A stretch of DNA of 64,000 nucleotides from Octopus sinensis. Lineage: Eukaryota. Positions 56,641-64,000 of the stretch are shown here, piece after piece (within the stretch, counting starts at the first letter, position 1; every line of letters begins with the position of its first letter). The position numbers and the translations under genes were made by a program. The stretch is taken from contig NC_042999.1 in the NCBI RefSeq assembly GCF_006345805.1, forward strand, positions 91,140,001 to 91,204,000, written 5' to 3'. The notes under the pieces are model-generated. The model did no database searches. It was not told the DNA's origin and saw nothing but the letters and a program-made list of their open reading frames with translations.

Positions 56641-56996
56641 TATTACCTTCACATAACTTCAAACTACAGACAGAATTCAGTAATCTGGCCTCGCACTATT
56701 GGTTCTTCCGAAGTCTAGCATGAACATCTTCAGTGTTGGCAAACTAAAATACCATTCGTATATCATTTGAGAAATACTTTATTAGCCTTTGATATTATGC
56801 TTCTGTAGATATGATCATTTGTTTATCGTTCTGGCTTGTCTGAAGCACGCGCTTCATCGCCTCCATAATCTGTACAATATATTATTTGACACTTCATTGG
56901 TCTAAAGGTAGAATGTCATGGAATCTAGAAGTCTAATTTTATTAGTTTACTAAATTATCCTCCCACTTCTACCTTTGTACAATATCGTGTCAGTTT

Positions 56997-57205
56997 AAAG
57001 TGGCGAGCTGGCAGAATCTCTAGCACGCCGGGCAAAATGCTTAGTGTCATTCCGTCCGTCTTTGCAGTCTGAGCTGAAATTCTGCAAAAGTCGACTTTGC
57101 CGTTCCTCCATTCGGAGTTCATAAAATAAATACCAGTTGAGCACTAGGTTAATGTAACCGCTCCCAAGGTATTGCTGGCCTTGTGACAGATTTTGAATCC
57201 AATAT
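56997..57205 (+). mobile_element. tRNA-derived SINE, family C
   Basis: GTGGCGAGCTGGCAGAATC...CACGCCGGGCAAAATGCTTAG...GTCGACTTTGCC. Confidence 0.85.
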
Positions 57206-60200
57206 TAAGTCAGATTCAGTGAGAATGTTTATTTTTCTCATTTAGCCGAAGCCCAATCATGATCAACTAGATCAACAATCAAAGTGTTTCGTTCCTTAAC
57301 TTTGATTATTCAGTTTTTCCAGACAGTTCACCTTATACAATATTATTAAATATACCTCATTTTTTTTCAGAATAATTTAGGTGCTACTTCTAACAGCACA
57401 GCTTACAACATAAGGGTGTCTTCATTAGCTCTTCGTTTGCATGTTTTTTTAGTATTTAGGAAAAAGCTTGTTTTTATCCAGTTTTAATGAAATAAATGCA
57501 ACAAACATTTCCCCTTGTCTTTTATATTTTACGTATTTTAAAACAAATTTCAGTATTTAATATACGTTTGTATAACATTCCTTTTCTTTATTATTTCAGG
57601 TGTGCCTCAATAAAAAGAATATAACGGAATAATTTAAAACTTGCAAGAATATATTCCACTAATTACATATCTGGACATTTTAATTCAATTAGATTATTTA
57701 TTGAAAACTTGAACTGAAAGAACTCTACAAGTATCAAGTGTAAATTGATATTTGTCTCAAGAGGATATATCTCTACTATTGAACCAAATACTTAACACGT
57801 CAGCTTATTCTGGAAAGAGATTTTTCCATATATACAACTCCCAAAATATTTACCATTTTATGCCATCAAAAGAAAACAATATACCAAATACACATAAAAA
57901 CGTAAAACAAAATCATAAGTAAACTAGGTTTATAAGTCAATGAAATTGGTTTCATATTTAAACCATAAAAAATATAACTGTATACATCTCTATTACTTCC
58001 TAGTTTTCACACTTAATAAGAAGACACTTTCTTTCTTCAATCGATTTTAATTAAAGCTTTAAAGTACACTTAGCCAAAGTTCCCAATTTTTTATATCCCT
58101 TATTTTCCGTTAGGAGTGAAAAGCGGAATAATAATTTAGGTTTCACAATTCTGTGATTTAAAAAAAGAAAAAACAATATATATATGTACATACGCACAAT
58201 CAAGATATATATAGAAAGAAGAAAGGAAAATTGCTGTAATTATATTCTTTAAATTAACCATTATTGTTTGTGGAAAAAGGCTCGGACACAACGTTACTAT
58301 AGCCGATCAATAAAAGAGAACTATAAAGCAAACTATTTCCTACAGAATCAATTTAAAAAAAGACAGACTACATAAAACAGGGTATGAGGAATACAAAAAA
58401 GAATATTTGCTTCTCTATACATTCATTCATATTTGTTACATATGATTAAACAAAAAATATATAGGAGATTGTTCTGTTGATGTACAACTTAATATATCAA
58501 CAACAAACAGTTACTGTTCTGATATACCTTAATATTGACTACCATTTTACGCACATCCATCAAATACATAAACCAGAAAAAATAGTCTATTCATTGAAAT
58601 TTTAAGAAATTTACATTTGAAGTGGGCGGACACGGTAAAGTGATAAACTGGTAAATTACCCGAGAACCAAGTCCACCACATATTTGTTTCGATTCCCGGT
58701 TGTAATTATACCTTTTGAATACATTACGAACGTCCCCGTGAAGTGCATTTATCCTACATAATCTTATTTCTCCCTCTTATACGTCATGGACATTTGCGCC
58801 TGTGTAACGAATGCATTGGTTAATATGATGCAGCTTTCATGAATGCTATTACAACTTATTCTTTCATCAATTTTTGTATCAAACTATTTAAACTATCCTA
58901 ATTTTTATAGCAATCAGCTGTGTTGACATTAAAAATCAATCGATTTAACATTCTGCCCAGTGAATATAACACGCAGCCATATTGCATTTAATTCTATCTA
59001 TTGCTTAACTTTCAAATCGCGATTTACTTCGTGTTTTTCCATCTTAAATCCTTGAAGTAATTTCATTTTATCAAAATACCTTTGAAACCCACTGGATATG
59101 AAATCATCCCATTTTTAAACTCTACAAATATAATTCTTCTTTTCTACGTGAGACCCCATTTTATTAATGATATGCTCTTTTACGCACTGAAACCCAAAAG
59201 TGACAGAATGTAGATATTTCATATTCTCGATGTTTTGAGACCTGAACTTATGGTTCCGAAAATTCTCCAAATGAAGTTTAATTACATGCATGTGACAATC
59301 TACACAGCATCAGCAACAAGAAAAGCAACAGAAGGAACAGCAGCAACAATAACAAAACAACAATCCTTTATAATTCCAAGTCGCCATTTTGTCTCTGAAA
59401 TTAAACCAAATGAAAGGACCGAAATCGTTATTTTATTCTAAATCTAAACTATGTGTAAAAGAAATGAACAACAAAAAAATAGTATTTCCCTTTATGTGAG
59501 AAGCACGACTGTTTCATGTGTCTTAAATGTGGTTCACTGATAATGAGTATTCGAATTTACAGCAATTTCAATAGTATTAAATCAATAAATACTTCCAATT
59601 TAATTAACGTATTCATATGGCATTATTATTAATGTTCCACGATGAATACAAGGACAGACAATCTTACTTAATTAACAGTTTATATTATTTATGCCATACC
59701 AAGCATTTGCTTTGCCACAATCAGGATGTGAAAAAATAATAGTAAAGCAGCTTCGTGGAAGAAAGAATATTAAAACGAAATCTTCAATTTTGAAAAGGTT
59801 AATTCATTTTTACAAACATCAAGTAACCATTCCGTCTCAGACATTTCATTTTCAACAATTGGTGCAGACTGGAATATTGAAACAATCTGATTCTCTGTTC
59901 TGCTTGTAGGCTAATATTGTATTATCTAAGCTCTGAAACTAAGATATATTTTAAACGGTAAAGACCGTTGTCAGGGCTGACTTTTTATCTACCTCTTTTT
60001 TTCTTTCTGTTTCTCTTTCTCTATTCTCCTTCTCTTCCTCTATTCTCCTTCTCTTCCGGATTCGATTTATATGCATGTATGTATAAGCATATAACGGAGA
60101 AAGAGGCTGAGATAAATCATTCATTAATTAAGTGAGTATTATTGCAGTGGATTCCAAGAACATAAAATGAGTTATTCAATACTATAATATGAAAAGAAAT

Positions 60201-60439
60201 TGAGAAGGTTAAATTAAATAACATACTTACTGAAAAATGGTATATATTACCGATCCTGTTTAAACATGAGAATAATTTATGTAGATATTAATTAAAATAA
60301 ATAATTAAAAATAATAAGTTATCAATTGTTTTAATCCAATATATGACGATTAAAGAATTGCTATCCCTTAATTGTTACTGGCATTTGCGAAATAACGTAT
60401 TTGCCAGTAAATACTGCTTAGCTCCGATTTTATCGGGGA

Positions 60440-61870
60440 ATGAGCTCACTTATTGAAGACCCTGAGATACCTTTAGTCGGCATGAATAACCACAAGTGTC
60501 GTTCGTATTCAAGCACCAACAATGAAGATATCAAGGCCAATTCTCACAGTATTACCAGCATCCGTCGATACGGAACAGTTGGTAAGCGCTTGGCTATTCG
60601 GCGCGAGCTTTATCAGAAGAGACGCCGTATGGGCGATATCTCCTTGTTGTTGGCTACCTTCGGAACCGTCCTCATGATGATTGAACTCGAGTTGTGCCTT
60701 TTTTCCGTCATTGATAAAGCTTCAGCAATGTCGTTCTTTGTCAAGGTCGGCATTTCAGTCTCCACAGTTAGCCTTTTAGTGGTGCTGGCTCTTTACCATC
60801 GGGTTGACATTCAATTGTTTACCATAGACAATTGTGTTGATGATTGGTGTCTCGCTATCGATAGGACTCGTGTGCTCAAAATAGGAATAGAAATGTTAAT
60901 ATGTAGTGTGCACCCGATTCCTGGCACTTATATGAGCAGCAACCGCCAAGAAAACGCTGCACCTCAATCTTCTTTAGCATCGTCCACAATATCCTCAGGG
61001 ACTCTAAACTCATCTGCTCTAACTTTCGAGATTCCTTCGTATGATGTATTCCTAGCTCTACCCATGTTCTTGAGGGTGTACCTTTTGTGTCGAAGTGTTA
61101 TGCTGCATAGCAGACTTTACGAAGATGCTTCTTCTCAGAGTCTTGGTGCACTTAATCGAGTCCACTTCAATTTTGCCTTCATTTTTAAATCTTTTATGTC
61201 TCTACATGCTGAGCATGTGCTTATTATGATAACTATTATAGCATTCCTCATTAGTAGTTGGTGTTTGCGTCTTTGTGAAATCCAATTTCGTCCGACAGAA
61301 GCTACAATGTTGAATTCAATGTGGCTTATTGCTGTCACATTTCTATCGGTCGGTTATGGAGATATAGTACCCATATCATATTGCGGTCGGGGTATAGCTG
61401 TCATTACAGGAATCATAGGTGCTGGCTGCACCGCTTTAGTGGTAGCCGTCTTAGCGCGGAAACTAGAATTAACACGAGCCGAGAAATATGTGCATGATTT
61501 CGTCATAGATGCAGATCTGAACAAACGAATCAAACACGAAGCGGCTAATGTGCTAAGAGCTGGTTGGTTAATCTACAAGGCCAATAAAAACAACGCTTCA
61601 AAGCGTGCCATCAACGAACACCAACGTAAGATGTTACGCGCCATCTACCACATTCGTGAGCGGAAAGCACAACAACGAAGATTGCTGGATAGTACAGTAA
61701 CGCTTGTTGAAGTGAACAAAGGCCAGTCAGATATGTCTCTTTATATAGACCAATTACGTAATAAACAACAAGCTATGGAAGAACAAATTCTGAACATTAA
61801 ATGTGCAGTCGGAGGAATACACGAGAAGTTAGATGGACTATATTATATCTTGAATAAACCAACATTATGA
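60440..61870 (+). CDS. KCNN: Small-conductance Ca2+-activated K+ channel (SK/KCNN-like), intronless, 476 aa
   Basis: Uninterrupted ORF with SK hallmarks: GKRLAIRRELYQKRRRMGD (HA helix), LFTIDNCVDDW, HPIPG, LPMFLRVYL (S4), DASSQSLGALN (S4-S5), pore TFLSVGYGDIVP, S6 GAGCTALVVAVLARKLELTRAEK, a calmodulin-binding domain (AANVLRAGWLIYK...HQRKML) and a C-terminal coiled coil. Purine at -3 of the ATG, in-frame TAG at 60419. Confidence 0.96.
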   Translation: MSSLIEDPEIPLVGMNNHKCRSYSSTNNEDIKANSHSITSIRRYGTVGKRLAIRRELYQKRRRMGDISLLLATFGTVLMMIELELCLFSVIDKASAMSFFVKVGISVSTVSLLVVLALYHRVDIQLFTIDNCVDDWCLAIDRTRVLKIGIEMLICSVHPIPGTYMSSNRQENAAPQSSLASSTISSGTLNSSALTFEIPSYDVFLALPMFLRVYLLCRSVMLHSRLYEDASSQSLGALNRVHFNFAFIFKSFMSLHAEHVLIMITIIAFLISSWCLRLCEIQFRPTEATMLNSMWLIAVTFLSVGYGDIVPISYCGRGIAVITGIIGAGCTALVVAVLARKLELTRAEKYVHDFVIDADLNKRIKHEAANVLRAGWLIYKANKNNASKRAINEHQRKMLRAIYHIRERKAQQRRLLDSTVTLVEVNKGQSDMSLYIDQLRNKQQAMEEQILNIKCAVGGIHEKLDGLYYILNKPTL

Positions 61871-61934
61871 GACAAAAAATGAAAGGGATGTGCGAAGAAT
61901 AAAGGAAAACAAAAACGAGGCTGTGTTAACTCTG

Positions 61935-61981
<47 letters not shown>

Positions 61982-62939
61982 ATATGGATCCTAAAAACAA
62001 TATTCTATTTATATTCATAGTTTTTATTAAAATAAATCTCAAAGGAAGGAAAACAGAATTTCCTCAGCAATAGGTTCAAAACTCAGATTCTAAATTCATG
62101 ATGAGACTGAAGTACGAAAGATTTTACATATGAATGGAATAGAATATGTAAAAGAAAGAAAAAAGAATGAATATTAATCTGAAAGAAATGACGTATAATA
62201 ATGAAGTTTGAATCATGAATTTAACTGTTTACTACTGAGTTGCAGATACTATCTACTGTTTATCTTTTTTGTAGCGATCGTAAGCGGTCAGCATGTGTTG
62301 AATGCAATATAGACATAAGGTTTCATAATTGCTATGTTATAAAAACAGATGAATGGGTGTAAAAATGCTTTTTTTAATTTGGATATTGTTTAAGCACAAC
62401 TATTGCCTTTTAATATATGTTTAACTCCATAGTACATACATTCTACGTATGTGAGTATATACATAATTAAATATCTATAGAGATGTTTATATATATGCGC
62501 GTGCGTGTGTGTATGTGAGTGTGCGTGCATGTGCGAGAACGATTATATATACACAATCCTTCTATGTATATTAATGAGTGTATATATGTATACATACATA
62601 TATATGAGCGCATGTGTGCGTGCGTATGCGTGTATGTGTAATTATATATACATATATCTATCTAAGAATATCAATATGTATGTGTATATATGTGTGTACA
62701 TTTATATATACATATATACATATGTTTTTATTTATATATAAAACAAAAACATTAACCGAATAAAGGAATCAATACACGAAGTCGAGTTTAACATTTATTT
62801 TATATTCAGTTGACAAATTATTCGAATAGTCAGCAAAGTAAGGCCTTCGAACTCTGGTAAAATTTCACATGTGTTTCCTATATTATTACGTTCGGGAAAA
62901 TGTTATTGCAATGAGTGAAGTAGAAATATTCTTTTCTAC

Positions 62940-63092
62940 TCTAGGCACAAGGCCCGAAATTTTGTGTGAAGTGGGGTCAGTCGATTAAATGGACCCCAGT
63001 ACTTAATTTATCGAACTCGAAAGGATGAAAGGCAAAGTCGACCTGGGCGGAATTTGAATTCAAAACGTAAAGACAGACGAAATACCGCTAAG
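62940..63092 (-). mobile_element. SINE family C (5'-truncated)
   Basis: GAAAGGATGAAAGGCAAAGTCGACCTGGGCGGAATTTGAATTCAAAACGTAAAGACAGACGAAATACCGCTAAG. Confidence 0.85.
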
Positions 63093-63116
63093 AAACCGCA
63101 TAAGAAGCATTGAATA

Positions 63117-63722
63117 AGGACGCGAGCTGGCAGAAATGTTAGCACGCCGGGCGAAATGCTTAGCGGTATTTCGTCTGCAGCTACGTTTTGTGTTCAAATT
63201 CCGCCGAGGTCGACTTTGCCTTTCATCCTTCGGAGCCGATAAATTAAGCTAAGTACCAGTTACGCACTGGGGTCGATATAATCGACTTAATCCGTTAGTC
63301 TGTCCTTGTTTGTCCTCTCTATGTTTAGCCACTCTTGGGTAGTAAACAAATAGGTATTTCGTCTGCAGCTAAGTTTTGTGTTCAAATTCCGCCGAGGTCG
63401 ACTTTACCTTTCATCTTTTCGGGGTCGATTAAATAAGTACCAGTTACGCACTGGGGTCGATATAATCGACTTAATCCGTTTGTCTGTCCTTGTTTGTCCT
63501 CTCTGTGTTTAGCCACTTGTGGGTAGTAAACAAATAGGTATTTCGTCTGCAGCTACGTTTTGTGTTCAAATTCCGCCGAGGTCGACTTTACCTTTCATCT
63601 TTTCGGGGTCGATTAAATAAGTACCAGTTACGCACTGGGATCGATATAATCGACTTAATCCGTTTGTCTGTCCTTGTTCGTCCCCTCTATATTTAGCCCC
63701 TTGTGAGCAATAAAGAAATAAG
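63117..63722 (+). mobile_element. SINE family C with an internal tandem triplication (~186-bp units)
   Basis: One complete head, then units starting GGTATTTCGTCTGCAGCT at 63165, 63353 and 63537. Confidence 0.92.
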
Positions 63723-64000
63723 AAATACTGAATATGGATAGAGGGAGGTCGTGTTCAGTAAAAGCTTAACAAAATGTTACAAAAGAAGATATGATCATAT
63801 TTAATGTGAATATTGGGTGAACATTTTTTGTGTATAAGGAAAACTTACAATACATAGGCTTCTAGAAATGATTAACAGATTGAAAATTATGAATCAACTA
63901 ATTTTCATTAGTAGTTGATACCATTATGGAAAATCGAGAAACACTGCTATTACAAAATTAAGATTGAAATAATTTAGCATTATGGCTAAAAGGATTTCAT

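Noticed and set aside
57570-57610. Strong splice-acceptor-like site (CCTTTTCTTTATTATTTCAG|GT), possibly a 5' UTR exon of the SK gene
   Set aside because: No convincing downstream donor or ORF. Such motifs are common in AT-rich DNA and cannot be supported without transcript data.

Overview
Eukaryotic, AT-rich DNA with dense microsatellites and transposons. The SINE families, TA/TAGA/TAA microsatellites and TAA-targeting LINEs look like an octopus or other coleoid cephalopod genome, but this is pattern recognition and was not checked against a database. The only convincing host gene is an intact, intronless 476-aa small-conductance Ca2+-activated K+ channel (SK/KCNN-like) ORF at 60440-61870 (+). 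It has a divergent Ser-rich S3-S4 loop and substitutions in the turret and calmodulin-binding domain. The rest is repeats: three tRNA-headed SINE families, Dong/R4-like LINE pieces, RTE, CR1/L2-like and Tx1-ORF1-like LINE pieces, mariner, hAT and XPG-nuclease (Academ-like) transposon remnants, MITEs and foldbacks, and Penelope-type terminal-repeat fragments. One of these fragments holds a complete minimal type I hammerhead ribozyme (23430-23474), and others hold degenerate hammerhead cores. A 5.7-kb tandem duplication (40916-46637 / 46638-52377) has an indel pattern suggesting an assembly artefact. Most ORFs in the supplied track are microsatellite or antisense noise. TE boundaries are approximate, read by eye.
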